Of a DNA stretch of 64,000 bases, positions 32,850 to 42,972 are shown one piece after another. A model generated the notes under the pieces. It did no database searches. It saw only the letters and a list, made by a program, of their open reading frames with translations, and had not been told where the DNA came from. Each line of letters starts with the position of its first letter. The first letter of the stretch is position 1. The position numbers and the translations under genes were made by a program. The DNA is from Trueperaceae bacterium. Its GTDB lineage: Bacteria; Deinococcota; Deinococci; Deinococcales; Trueperaceae. Location of the stretch: positions 3,808,001 to 3,872,000 of the forward strand of contig CBDCDZ010000004.1 in assembly GCA_965215565.1 (NCBI GenBank), written 5' to 3'.

Positions 32850-33014
32850 AAAATGATCCACAACGAATGGGAAGGTGTCCTGTTCTGTGCATATGCGGAG
32901 GCGGCGCTACGCCTCTCGCGGCTGCATACACAAGACGTGGTACGCCGCCCGAACATGTAGCACAACCGAGTAAAAACGCTCGAGTAAAAAGATGATGTAA
33001 GCGCGACACAACAC

Positions 33015-33037
33015 TACCTTAAAAAATAAGGTATACT
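33015..33037 (+). promoter_or_regulatory. recA operator TACCTTA-N5-TAAGGTA overlapping -10 TATACT
   Basis: TACCTTA AAAAA TAAGGTA TACT. Confidence 0.7.
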
Positions 33038-33066
33038 CCATTCAACTTGAAAGCGAGGTAGACCTT

Positions 33067-34125
33067 ATGACCCTGACCCCCGAAAGAGAACGCGCCCTCA
33101 ACACCACCCTCTCGCAGATCGAGAAACAGTTTGGCAAAGGGGCTGTCATGCGCCTGGGCGACGAAGGGAGCCTGACCCCCCAAGGCGTCATCTCAACGGG
33201 CTCGATGTCAGTGGACTTGGCATTAGGGGTAGGCGGGGTACCGAGAGGACGGATCATCGAGGTGTACGGACCCGAGTCCGGGGGTAAAACCACGCTCTCA
33301 CTTCATATCGTGGCGGAAGCGCAAAAACAAGGCGGCGTGGCTGCGTTCGTAGACGCCGAACACGCCCTGGACCCCTCCTACGCGAAAGCACTCGGCGTGG
33401 ATACCGAAAACCTGCTGGTCTCGCAACCCGATACGGGCGAACAAGCCTTGGAGATCACCGAACTCCTGGTTCGTAGCGGCGCAGTGGACGTGATCGTGGT
33501 GGACTCGGTGGCTGCTCTCGTGCCCAGGGCTGAAATCGAAGGGGAGATGGGCGACTCTCACGTCGGCTTACAAGCCCGCTTGATGAGCCAAGCCTTGCGC
33601 AAGCTAACAGGTGTTTTATCCAAAAGCCACACCACGGCGATTTTTATCAACCAGATCAGAGAGAAGATCGGCGTGTTGTACGGCAACCCGGAGACGACGC
33701 CTGGGGGACGCGCCCTGAAGTTCTACTCCTCAGTCAGGATGGAAGTGAGACGTAAAGGGGACGTGAAGTCGGGCGCAGATAAGGTAGGGAACCGCACCCG
33801 GGTCAAGGTCACGAAGAACAAAGTTGCGCCGCCCTTTAAGGAAGCGGAAGTGGAGATCATGTTCGGACGGGGGATTGACAAACTCGGGGACCTGATCAAC
33901 ATCGCTAGTGACTTAGACATCGTGCAGAAGTCGGGCTCGTTCTATAAGTACGAGGGCAGTACGATTGGGCAGGGCAAGGAGAAAGCGAGTACCTACCTAG
34001 AGGAGCACCCACAGCTCATCGAGGAGGTCAAGCAGAAGGTCATGGCTGCGATTCAAGGTGTGCCCTATGAGCCTAAAGTGGGTGGGGATGATGGTGACGA
34101 AGGGCTATTCTCGAGCGCGAACTGA
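33067..34125 (+). CDS. recA: Recombinase RecA
   Basis: [34 protein letters not shown]. Confidence 0.98.
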   Translation: MTLTPERERALNTTLSQIEKQFGKGAVMRLGDEGSLTPQGVISTGSMSVDLALGVGGVPRGRIIEVYGPESGGKTTLSLHIVAEAQKQGGVAAFVDAEHALDPSYAKALGVDTENLLVSQPDTGEQALEITELLVRSGAVDVIVVDSVAALVPRAEIEGEMGDSHVGLQARLMSQALRKLTGVLSKSHTTAIFINQIREKIGVLYGNPETTPGGRALKFYSSVRMEVRRKGDVKSGADKVGNRTRVKVTKNKVAPPFKEAEVEIMFGRGIDKLGDLINIASDLDIVQKSGSFYKYEGSTIGQGKEKASTYLEEHPQLIEEVKQKVMAAIQGVPYEPKVGGDDGDEGLFSSAN

Positions 34126-34169
34126 GCGAGTGTGAAAGAAAGGTGGTCTCGAGGCTGCTTCTCTGCTGT

Positions 34170-34301
34170 TAGCAGGTATCATCTGGTCAGAGACACTCCT
34201 AGTGGAGAAAGTATTCTTTCCTGCGGAAAACTTTGTAACTAGCACGCACATTAAAAGATAATATCTGCGCTCATCTGTCTCAGTATGTTGTGGAAGTGCT
34301 G
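34170..34301. mobile_element. MITE family A copy
   Basis: TAGCAGGTATCATCTGG...GCGCTCATCTGTCTCAGTATGTT...GTGCTG. Confidence 0.72.
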
Positions 34302-34332
34302 TGTGAATAAGAGGTCATACAACACCCACGTT

Positions 34333-35325
34333 TCATCCTCGCAACGCCTCATCTAACCACACGAGCCCCTGCGCTGCCCGTTCTTTGAGCGCGTCTATAT
34401 TGACGTTGGCTTCTAAAGGCGGCGTGCTCACGGCTTCTACCACATCATCTAGCTTTAGGGGCAAGTGATACGCAGGCGCGCCCGCCTCTTCTGCGAACGC
34501 CGCCACTTTGGGGTCATAAACGACGCCGCTAAAGGGACGCCGCGCCGCCGCCGCGAAGATGAGCCCGTGCAGCCGCGCCGAGACGATGTGCGTTGCCCCT
34601 GCGACGGTACTCAGCGCTGCGCTCGGCGTGTCGGCGCGCCAGAGCGCGAGTTCGGGCACCGCTTCTTTAAGTTTTTTAAGAGGTGCGTCATCTTGCCCCG
34701 GTTGAATTGCCATGCCCGCCAGGGGCACGCCCTTGACGCGCAGCGCCTTGGCTAGGTCGATGAGCGCGTCTGTGATCTCGGGGTAGCCCCCCCTAGGGAT
34801 AAGCAGGGCGGGCGGTGTGAGGCTCATCGTGGTGGTGCCCTTAGGCTCCGGGAGGAGCAGGGCGGCGTCCGCCACCAGCGCGGCGTCGATATCCAGCGCG
34901 GCGAGCAGCCGCCGCGACGCGCTGTCTCGCACTGCAACGGGAACATCCTTTAAGGTCCGCCGCACGGTGCGCGCCCCGGCGGGGCTGAGCGGCCCGACGG
35001 ACTGCCCGTAAACCACGCAGCGCTTGCCGAGCGCTTTAGCGAGGCGCAGGATGCCCAAGTAGTAGCGCAAGCTCCGCGTGCTCGTCCTGTCCTGCAAAAG
35101 CCCGCCGCCGCCTGAAATGACGGCGTCACACTGCACGAGGGCGCTCGGCAGACCCTTGTAGCGCGTGACCGCCGCGACGCCGTGCAGCGCCCTCGTCTTC
35201 TCGGGGTTGTTGGACAAGACGCTGAGGTGGTGCCCGTGCGCCCGGAGCCCCGTCACCAAGCCGCTCAAGATAGCCTCGTCGCCCAGGTTGCCGAAACCGT
35301 AGTAGCCGCTGATAAGAACCTTCAT
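34333..35325 (-). CDS. csaB: Polysaccharide pyruvyl transferase
   Basis: SGYYGFGNLGDEAIL, GGGGLLQD, RLHGLI. Confidence 0.92.
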   Translation of the reverse strand: MKVLISGYYGFGNLGDEAILSGLVTGLRAHGHHLSVLSNNPEKTRALHGVAAVTRYKGLPSALVQCDAVISGGGGLLQDRTSTRSLRYYLGILRLAKALGKRCVVYGQSVGPLSPAGARTVRRTLKDVPVAVRDSASRRLLAALDIDAALVADAALLLPEPKGTTTMSLTPPALLIPRGGYPEITDALIDLAKALRVKGVPLAGMAIQPGQDDAPLKKLKEAVPELALWRADTPSAALSTVAGATHIVSARLHGLIFAAAARRPFSGVVYDPKVAAFAEEAGAPAYHLPLKLDDVVEAVSTPPLEANVNIDALKERAAQGLVWLDEALRG

Positions 35326-35335
35326 GCGCAGTCCC

Positions 35336-37168
35336 CTAAGCCTGCGGGACGCGGCGCGCGCCCGTGAGCCAGCGCTTCACACCGCCCGTCAAAAAGCGCG
35401 CGAGCGGCACGAGGAGCAGCCCGACGGCGAGACCTAGCGCCAGCGCGACGAGGGTGCGCTCCAACGAGACGAGCAGCGGCGTGTGGTAGTGGCTGAACGA
35501 GTTGACGATGCTCGCTTGCGCCACCACGCCCCCAGTGAGCAGCAGCCCCTTGAGCCAGTCCGCCCAGCCGCCGTTCGTGAGCGCGAGCACTGCCAGCGGG
35601 TGCCCCAAAAGCTCCTTGAAGCGCGGGCGCGCGAAGTATTCGGACAAGAGGTCGCGCAGCCCGAGTTCCGCGCTACTCGCGCCGATGACCGGGAAGTTGC
35701 CGCGCCGCAGCACTACCAGTGCGAGCGCTGCCAAGCCGAAAAAGACGATAGCGACGTCGCCTAAACGCACTGGGTAGCGCCAGAAATCGGTGATCCACTT
35801 AGCGGGCAGGCGGTAGCGCAGCGCGTAGTGAAACAAAAAGAGCGCGGGCGGCACGACCAGCGTCGCCGCGACGCCTGCAAAGGGCGTGATGGCGAGCAGC
35901 GCCTCGCGGTCGCTCCCCACCGCCGCTAAGAGCACCGCACCCGCGAGCGAAACAAGCGTCGCGAGCCCCAAGCTCATCAGCTTCTCAGGCAAAAGCCCGT
36001 AGCCCAAGACCGGAAAGGCGAGCGCGGCGGCGAGCGCGAGCGCGTCCCAGTCAGGTCCGCCCGCGAGGATGCCGAGCGACAAGACGCCCGCGGAAACGGC
36101 GACGCCCCACCCGCCCGGATACATCAGCGCTAGGAGGGCGAGCCCGGCGAGGATGCCGAGGGCGCTCAGGGCGCGCAGAAAGGGGACGGTGTCGTACTCG
36201 AGCCTCTCCACCTCCCCGACGGCGTACCCCTCCGCCTCCAATGAGGTGCGCAGCCCACGCACTAGACTTTTGGTGCTCTGAACCATGTCGCCCACCGTCT
36301 CTTCGGTATAGGGGCGCACGTAGAGCAGCCGCGCCCCGCGCTCGTTCGCGGCGAGCACGTACTTGCCCACCACCTCTTCTGGCTCCAACGTGTTGAGCCA
36401 GTCCTGATTGACGCCGAACGTCCGCGCTACCGGCACCTTACCTGCAAGCTGCGCCATGCCCGCTTGCTCCACCCCTTCGATGACGCCCGTGAGATAGGCC
36501 TGCGAGGCCGCCACCGTCTCGGAGAGCGCGTTGGGGTTGCCCGCTACCTCGAGCGCCCCGTGGATGAGGTAGTTCGCCTCCTCCGGGAAGTCCGCGCCCA
36601 CCTCTCGTAAACCTGGATAGTTGTAGGGGCGATACGCGATGTCCCAGCCTGCCTCGGACCAGCGCTCGATCTCTTCACGGTTCGGTCCGGCTGGGCGCTC
36701 CTCCCCTTCGCCGTCGCCGGGGTCGGGGTAGGCGTACCAAGTTGTGTTACCCAAGGGGATTTCTCGAGGCTGCGGCGTGTTCTTCGCGAGGGTGCCTTCG
36801 AGCGCGTCCTCTTCGAGCGCCGTCACTAACAGGCTATTTGCCGGGACGCTGACGTTGCCCTCTGTCAGGATATCTTCCGCTCGAGCCTCGTTTCCTGAGA
36901 GGAGCGCCACGTCACCTGCCGCCGCGAGCGTCTCGAAGGTCTCCTCGTAGAGCGCCACGCCGTTGAGTCCCGCCTCGCGGTAGCGCTGCGCCAGTTCAAA
37001 CGAAGTCGTGCCGAGAAAGGCGGCCTGCTCACGGAGCGCCTGCTCGTCCATCAGCAAGGTCACGGAGGTGCTGCCGCCCTCCACACGCACGCGGTTATAC
37101 GCCAGGATGAGGCTGGGGATGAGGCTCAGTAGGACGACGAGCCAGAGCAGACGCTGAACGCGGTTCAC
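35336..37168 (-). CDS. DUF5693-like membrane protein
   Basis: ERGARLLYVRP, RPRFKELLGHP, SIVNSFSHYHTP; adjacent to csaB. Confidence 0.8.
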   Translation of the reverse strand: MNRVQRLLWLVVLLSLIPSLILAYNRVRVEGGSTSVTLLMDEQALREQAAFLGTTSFELAQRYREAGLNGVALYEETFETLAAAGDVALLSGNEARAEDILTEGNVSVPANSLLVTALEEDALEGTLAKNTPQPREIPLGNTTWYAYPDPGDGEGEERPAGPNREEIERWSEAGWDIAYRPYNYPGLREVGADFPEEANYLIHGALEVAGNPNALSETVAASQAYLTGVIEGVEQAGMAQLAGKVPVARTFGVNQDWLNTLEPEEVVGKYVLAANERGARLLYVRPYTEETVGDMVQSTKSLVRGLRTSLEAEGYAVGEVERLEYDTVPFLRALSALGILAGLALLALMYPGGWGVAVSAGVLSLGILAGGPDWDALALAAALAFPVLGYGLLPEKLMSLGLATLVSLAGAVLLAAVGSDREALLAITPFAGVAATLVVPPALFLFHYALRYRLPAKWITDFWRYPVRLGDVAIVFFGLAALALVVLRRGNFPVIGASSAELGLRDLLSEYFARPRFKELLGHPLAVLALTNGGWADWLKGLLLTGGVVAQASIVNSFSHYHTPLLVSLERTLVALALGLAVGLLLVPLARFLTGGVKRWLTGARRVPQA

Positions 37169-37371
37169 CTCGCGCCGCCGAGCGAGAATAGAGGTTGACG
37201 TTTCATGGGGAGGATTCTACCCGCTTTGCGCCCTCATTTGTTGTGGCTTAACGTTCAACCTCGCATTATTCTCGCTTTTAGTACGGTTCGCCCATGCTCT
37301 ACACTCGTACGCCCTACTGTAATACGTTACTTCCCCCACCGGTTCAGAGTCCCTCGCGACGCCGAAGGAAT

Positions 37372-38034
37372 TCAGGGCAACTGACCCGTATCCGGTCTTT
37401 TGCCGAACAGATCAGCGAGGACGAGCAAGAGAAGAACGCCGCCTAAGATCAGCAACATGACAAGCGCGAGTTGGAATTCCCCAAGGATGTCGTCCCCCTG
37501 GCGCGATATCGCCGCAGCGGTTTCGACGTTCAGCACGATGAGGTTCTCCAAGTGAGCGTCCGCCTCATCGAACAACGCCTGCGGCTCCTGCCGAAGCACC
37601 GCGACAGCCTCCTGGTTCTGGTTCTCTCTGGATAAGGCGAGGGCGGCTTGGCTCTCCTCGAGGTGACGCGCCCAGGTACTCCCGAAAGCGTTGTACAGGT
37701 CTCGCTCCTCTTCAGAAACGATGAGCGGCTCGTAGCGCCCCCGCGCCTCGTCCAGCGACGCGAGCGCCGCGCTCATCTCCTCCTCGTAGCGCCGCATGTC
37801 CTCATCTCGCAAGGAGAGCACATGCTGCATGGCGGCGACTCGGTACGCCAGCGCGTCCACCTCCATCTGCCCGAGGAGCCGCGTGCTCGGCAGCCAGTTG
37901 CGCTCTATCTGTGTGCTCGCCGCATTGATCTGCGCGACGCGGCTCCAGGAGTAGAGCGCGAAGAGGGCGAGCCCGCCTACCAAGAGCGCTAGGACGACGA
38001 TGGACCAGAGGCTGATGCGGTAGGTTTTATTCAC
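37372..38034 (-). CDS. Stand-alone four-helix-bundle (4HB_MCP) sensor between two TM helices
   Basis: INAASTQIERNWLPS...YEPLIVSEEERDLY; ends about 12 aa after TM2. Confidence 0.72.
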   Translation of the reverse strand: MNKTYRISLWSIVVLALLVGGLALFALYSWSRVAQINAASTQIERNWLPSTRLLGQMEVDALAYRVAAMQHVLSLRDEDMRRYEEEMSAALASLDEARGRYEPLIVSEEERDLYNAFGSTWARHLEESQAALALSRENQNQEAVAVLRQEPQALFDEADAHLENLIVLNVETAAAISRQGDDILGEFQLALVMLLILGGVLLLLVLADLFGKRPDTGQLP

Positions 38035-38070
38035 TGTTCTCCTCCGAAGGCTGAGAGTAGACCGGACGGC

Positions 38071-38559
38071 TTATAGGTCGAGCGAAAACTGCTCGAGCAC
38101 AATCATTCGTCCGCCCAATTCTACCCTCTCCTGGTCTGAACGCTTGACAAAACCATGTCGCAACAAGACCTTTTGCGACGCAAGGTTTTCAGGGCTCGCT
38201 CGAGCTGTCAACTGTTTTACAGATAGTTTTGCTCGAGCAAAATCCTTTAGATAAGCCACCCCCTTAGAGGCGATACCTTGGCCTAGATGCTCCTGACACA
38301 CGCGGTAGCCGATCTCCGCGTGTTCGTCCTCAATACTGGAGAAGTTGAAGCGCCCCGCAATCTTGTCACCCTGGTATTCAACAAACAACAGATAAGTGGA
38401 CCTAGACATCCCTCCAACTAGACTGGAGAGTGCACTGGGGAACTTCTCCGCGTCAAAATAGATACCGGGTCTAGGTGGAACCCATCGTTCAAACCACGCC
38501 TTATTCCTGTATTCAAAGTCAAAGAGGGCGTCACAGTCTTCTAGGGTAAGTAGGTTCAA
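38071..38559 (-). CDS. RimJ/RimL-type GNAT acetyltransferase
   Basis: EIGYRV..HLGQGIAS, NLASQKVLLRHGF. Confidence 0.85.
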   Translation of the reverse strand: MNLLTLEDCDALFDFEYRNKAWFERWVPPRPGIYFDAEKFPSALSSLVGGMSRSTYLLFVEYQGDKIAGRFNFSSIEDEHAEIGYRVCQEHLGQGIASKGVAYLKDFARAKLSVKQLTARASPENLASQKVLLRHGFVKRSDQERVELGGRMIVLEQFSLDL

Positions 38560-38570
38560 GTCTCGAGTCC

Positions 38571-39074
38571 CTACTTCCCCTTAACCTTCGCTTGCTCCAC
38601 CGCAAACTCTCCCCACTCCGCCAAAAAGTCCGAACTGCTCCAAACCTTATCCCGCCCGACTTGCGGCACTAACTCGATGTCTAACTCCTGGCACACGTCC
38701 CACTCGGGGATGTTCGTGTAGTCGGTGCGGTCGCCGCCCTTAGTGAAGACGTGCGGGCGTAGTTGGCGCAGGGCTTCGCAGACCGTCGAGTCGCCTTCAA
38801 TCTCGAACGGCACGACGTAGTCCACCTCACGGATGCACGAGACGATACCGCAGCGGGTCGCCAAATCCATAAAGGGCTTGCCCTTTTTCGCCGTCAAAAA
38901 GGCGTCACCGTTGACAATCGCTACGAGCGTATCACCGTACTGCTTCGACTCGATGAGACAGGTGGCGTGTCCGGGGTGAATAGGGTCGTAGCCGCCCGAG
39001 GTGCAGACAATCTTACCGAGCGAGCCGCGGATGTCGTTCAGTTCTTCAAAAGAGACGATTTTGGCGTATTTCAT
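38571..39074 (-). CDS. Cytidylyltransferase-family protein
   Basis: SGGYDPIHPGH (HxGH), KGGDR, SSS. Confidence 0.85.
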   Translation of the reverse strand: MKYAKIVSFEELNDIRGSLGKIVCTSGGYDPIHPGHATCLIESKQYGDTLVAIVNGDAFLTAKKGKPFMDLATRCGIVSCIREVDYVVPFEIEGDSTVCEALRQLRPHVFTKGGDRTDYTNIPEWDVCQELDIELVPQVGRDKVWSSSDFLAEWGEFAVEQAKVKGK

Positions 39075-39110
39075 CCCTTTACCTTAACCGATAACTTTTT
39101 AGTTTGCAGG

Positions 39111-39944
39111 TTATTTGCCGAAGCGCCGTTCGCGCGCCTGAAAGGAGCGCACCGCCCGCAAGAAATCCACCTTGCGGAAGCTGGGCCAGAAGGCGTCGCA
39201 GAAGTAAAACTCGCTATACGCCGTTTGCCAGAGCAAGAACCCAGAGAGCCGCACCTCGCCCGAGGTGCGGATGACAAAGTCGGGGTCGGGGACGCCCGCA
39301 GTGTAGAGGTGGCGGCTGATGCCCTCCGCGTCGACGTGGTGGGCCAACTCGTCCGGGGTGGATACCTGATTGGATTGCTCGAGCAACAACTTCCTCACCG
39401 CTGAAACGATCTCCTCACGCCCGCCGTAACCGAGCGCCACGTTCAGGTGCATTCCGCTGTAATCCTCCGTTGCTTCTTCCATACGCCGCAAAGCCGCTTT
39501 GGTATCGTCTGGAAAGCTGTCAATGTCGCCGATGACGCGCACGCGCACCCTGTTCTCATGCAGGCGCGTGTCGCCGATCAGGTCCTTCGCCTGCTGCGCG
39601 AAGAGGCTGTGGAGGTGCGCCACCTCTTCGGGCTTGCGCGAGTGGTTCTCGGTGCTAAAGCCCCAGATGGTGACGTGCTTGATGCCCAGGTCCAAGCACC
39701 AGTCGAGCACCTCACGCGCTTTGCCCGCGCCGTAGTTATGCCCTGTTTTTACGTCTAAGCCCACTGTCCGGGCGAAGCGGCGGTTGCCGTCCATGATGAT
39801 GCCGATGTGCTTAGGCAGCGACGCGCCACTGATGGCTCGCAAGAGAGAGCGCTCGTAAAACCAGTAGAGCGGTGTAGTGAGCGTGTTCCAAGCTTGGCGC
39901 ACTTTTTTGGTCGAGGACATCATACGGGGTAGTGCGGGGTTCAC
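39111..39944 (-). CDS. uppS: cis-prenyltransferase (UppS family)
   Basis: HIGIIMDGNRR, FSTEN, YGGREEI, IRTSGEVRLSGFLLWQ. Confidence 0.9.
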   Translation of the reverse strand: MNPALPRMMSSTKKVRQAWNTLTTPLYWFYERSLLRAISGASLPKHIGIIMDGNRRFARTVGLDVKTGHNYGAGKAREVLDWCLDLGIKHVTIWGFSTENHSRKPEEVAHLHSLFAQQAKDLIGDTRLHENRVRVRVIGDIDSFPDDTKAALRRMEEATEDYSGMHLNVALGYGGREEIVSAVRKLLLEQSNQVSTPDELAHHVDAEGISRHLYTAGVPDPDFVIRTSGEVRLSGFLLWQTAYSEFYFCDAFWPSFRKVDFLRAVRSFQARERRFGK

Positions 39945-40107
39945 AGCGAACAGTGTACACTAAACTGTAACAAAACTACATTATACTTAACTCTTTGTGG
40001 CTTATCTCGCTTTCTTGAATCCTAATGCGGCTCCTCTCCCATTGGGTTTGGTAGGCTCGAGCTAACTTTAGGTCACTTCTCAAAAGCTGCTTACCTCGTC
40101 AAAATTA

Positions 40108-40512
40108 CTATTGGTCAATGAGTTCTTGCCAAGTATCTCGCATGGCTTTACCGATAGCTTGATACTCATGATTGTTTCTGAAGCTTTTCCAATAGTGAAC
40201 GCTAGGTGCGTGTAGTTTTGGATTAGCGTAAATTAGAGCCTTCACTGCCGTCCATTTGTTTGACTCTTTAGGGCTCAACCTATCCGCGACCTCATCAGCA
40301 GTAATTTGAATAAGTATTTCCATGAGACAAAAACGCTCGTAATCTGTTAAAGAGGCATTGGAATACAAGTTAAGGCATTTGCCAAAATCGACTTTTTCCG
40401 CAACCTCGTACTCCCAATCTTGCATTGAGGCATCGTAGGGCAAACCAAGGCGATATGCTAACTTAGTACGTGCCTCTCCGATCGGAAAACCTACTTTTTC
40501 TAATGGCTCCAT
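40108..40512 (-). CDS. AT-rich hypothetical protein
   Basis: 134-aa ORF (MQDWEYEVA...VHYW), lower GC than flanks. Confidence 0.6.
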   Translation of the reverse strand: MEPLEKVGFPIGEARTKLAYRLGLPYDASMQDWEYEVAEKVDFGKCLNLYSNASLTDYERFCLMEILIQITADEVADRLSPKESNKWTAVKALIYANPKLHAPSVHYWKSFRNNHEYQAIGKAMRDTWQELIDQ

Positions 40513-40521
40513 AAACGGTAA

Positions 40522-41535
40522 TCAGCGCTTCACGTACTGCTTCTCAAAATACTCCTTCTGTCCCTCTTTCGTCTCCTGCCACCACTCCGGGTGCTCCTGA
40601 TACCAGGCAATCGTCTTCTCGATCCCCTCAGCGAAGGTCATGCTCGGTTGCCAACCCAGGTCGCGCTTCGCCTTAGAAATATCGAGCGCGTAGCGGTAGT
40701 CGTGACCGGGGCGGTCTTTGACATGTCGAATGAGGTCATTGGGCTTCTCGAGCGTGTTCAAAATCGTCGCGGCAACCGCCAGCCCGTCCGTCTGATTCTC
40801 TCCGCCGATGTTATACGCCTCGCCGCTCTTCCCTTTGAGGAGTGCCTGGTGAATCCCCCTTGCGTGGTCGTCCACAAAGATGTAGTCGCGAATCGCCTTG
40901 CCTGTGCCGTAGATAGGAAGAGGTTGGTTCTCTAAAGCGTTGGTCACAAAGAGCGGAATGACCTTTTCGGGGAACTGGTAGGGTCCATAGTTGTTCGAGC
41001 CACGCGTCGTCACCACGTCCATGTCATACGTCGTCGCGTAGGCTTGGACCAAGAGGTCGCCGCCTGCTTTGGAGGCGCTGTAGGGGCTGCGCGGTCTGAA
41101 GGGGTCGTCTTCGACGCTCAAACCTTCCATCACCTCGCCGTAGACCTCGTCGGTGGAAACTTGAACGAAGCGGATGTTACGGGCGCGGGCAGCCTCGAGC
41201 AAGACCCGTACTCCCTCGACATTCGTGCGCGTAAAGGGCGCGGCGTCCTGAATGGAGCGGTCCACGTGCGTCTCGGCGGCGAAGTTGAGCACCGCGTCGC
41301 AGCCTTGCACGGCTTTTTCGACAACCTCCGGGTCCGCGATGTCCCCTTTGATAAAGGTGTAGCGCGAATCGTCCTCGAAGTCCTTGAGCGTTGCGGGATT
41401 CGCGGCGTAGGTCATAAGGTCTAAGTTGACGACTTCCAAGTCGGTTTCTGTGAGAATGATGCGGATGTACGAGGAGCCGATGAAGCCGAGCCCACCCGTC
41501 ACTAAAACCTTTTTATAGTTTCCTGTGTAGTCCAC
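40522..41535 (-). CDS. rfbB: dTDP-glucose 4,6-dehydratase
   Basis: GGLGFIGS, AETHVDRSI, STDEVYG, YSASK, DRPGHD. Confidence 0.95.
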   Translation of the reverse strand: MDYTGNYKKVLVTGGLGFIGSSYIRIILTETDLEVVNLDLMTYAANPATLKDFEDDSRYTFIKGDIADPEVVEKAVQGCDAVLNFAAETHVDRSIQDAAPFTRTNVEGVRVLLEAARARNIRFVQVSTDEVYGEVMEGLSVEDDPFRPRSPYSASKAGGDLLVQAYATTYDMDVVTTRGSNNYGPYQFPEKVIPLFVTNALENQPLPIYGTGKAIRDYIFVDDHARGIHQALLKGKSGEAYNIGGENQTDGLAVAATILNTLEKPNDLIRHVKDRPGHDYRYALDISKAKRDLGWQPSMTFAEGIEKTIAWYQEHPEWWQETKEGQKEYFEKQYVKR

Positions 41536-41537
41536 TT

Positions 41538-42086
41538 CTAACCCCTATCCTCCGCCCACAGGTCCGCCCCGAAAAAGTCCCAGGGCAGGCGTCCTTCATT
41601 TGGATGTTCGACATCGAATTGCTGGTCCATTGCGTAGAGTAACGTCGCGCCGCTCACGCCAGCCTGATAGCCGTGCGCGACGCCTGCCGGGATGTAGAGC
41701 TGAGCAGGTTCTTCGCCGTTCAAGATGAAAGGGCGCTTGTTGCCTTCGGTTGGGGAACCTGCCCGGCAGTCGGCAAGCCATACCTTGAGCTGCCCCTGAA
41801 TCACCGTCCAGAGTTCGTTTTGCGGCTCGCGGGGGTGGATGTGAAAGGCGTTGATGCGCCCCGGTTCGGCGCTCGAGACGCTGATCTGCCGCACTGTGAA
41901 ATCTTCCGTAAAGTCGTGCGGCAACCCCTTCACGTTTCCTTGACTAAGCCGCGCGTACTCCATAAAGAAGCCATTGTCGCTCCGCCGCTTAGTGAGTTTA
42001 CGCATCCACACACCCTCGATTTCGGGATGAGGCTCATACGTCTGAAAGGTCAGCGCGTCGGTAGCGGATTTCGAGAGGTCGGTCAT
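41538..42086 (-). CDS. rfbC: dTDP-4-dehydrorhamnose 3,5-epimerase
   Basis: AFHIH, DCRAGSPT, LYIPAGVAHG; ATGA-coupled to rfbD. Confidence 0.85.
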   Translation of the reverse strand: MTDLSKSATDALTFQTYEPHPEIEGVWMRKLTKRRSDNGFFMEYARLSQGNVKGLPHDFTEDFTVRQISVSSAEPGRINAFHIHPREPQNELWTVIQGQLKVWLADCRAGSPTEGNKRPFILNGEEPAQLYIPAGVAHGYQAGVSGATLLYAMDQQFDVEHPNEGRLPWDFFGADLWAEDRG

Positions 42087-42838
42087 GAGGTGCTCTTTTC
42101 TTTTAAGGAAGTTCTGAGCGTTTGCCACCGCTCCACGTTGAGGCTGATGTCGTCTGGTAGAGAGACGCCCGCATCGGCCTTGGAGCCTGGCTCGACCTCT
42201 TCATTGCGCCGTTTGGCAAGCTCATAGACGCTTTTACGCTCGGTAGCGATGTGCAAAGTGTCAAAGGGAATCTCGCCTACGTACCGCACGGCTAAAGCGA
42301 TTTCTGGTGCGATGATGTCTACGTAGTCTTGGCTCGTAAACACGTCCGCAAACGCCACCGGATAGGGAAACTCGCGCGGGCGGAAGCTGGTGCGGATGAT
42401 GAGGTGGCGTAGGGCGAGTCTGGCAACCTCTTCCGCGACGAGTTTGCTGAGCGCGTAATAGTTGCGCACGGGGCCGACAGGGTTGTCTTCGTGATAGTTG
42501 CCAACGTCGCCACAAAAAACGTAATCGGTGGAGATATGGACGAGTATGGTGTTCGTATCTTTAAGCGCCCTAATGAGGTTGCGTGTACCCTCTACGTTGA
42601 CCTGCCAGCACGCAGCTTGATCCGTTTCCGCGCCCTTGACGTCGGTGTAGGCGGCGGCGTGGATGACGACGTCGGGCTTGTAAAGTTTGAGCGCGTGCTG
42701 GACGTTTGCGGCGTTTGTGAGGTCGAGTTCTGCGCTCGGCGGCGCGATGATGTCCGGCATGAGCGTACGCAACTCGCTGCCGAGTCGCCCGGAGCCGCCG
42801 GTTAAGAGGGTGGTCATGAGGTGGGGGCTCGAGTCCAT
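42083..42838 (-). CDS. rfbD: dTDP-4-dehydrorhamnose reductase
   Basis: TGGSGRLG, HAAAYTDV, ISTDYVF, YALSK. Confidence 0.88.
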   Translation of the reverse strand: MDSSPHLMTTLLTGGSGRLGSELRTLMPDIIAPPSAELDLTNAANVQHALKLYKPDVVIHAAAYTDVKGAETDQAACWQVNVEGTRNLIRALKDTNTILVHISTDYVFCGDVGNYHEDNPVGPVRNYYALSKLVAEEVARLALRHLIIRTSFRPREFPYPVAFADVFTSQDYVDIIAPEIALAVRYVGEIPFDTLHIATERKSVYELAKRRNEEVEPGSKADAGVSLPDDISLNVERWQTLRTSLKEKSTS

Positions 42839-42972
42839 GTGCGGTAGTTTGGTGATGTTTCAGCAGTTCGTAGCATCAGCGCACTATTTTATCCTAGTTC
42901 TGCTACATCTGCCCTTCATCAACACCACGCCCCCACCAACACCGCGCCCCCACCAACCTCAACTTTCCTCCT

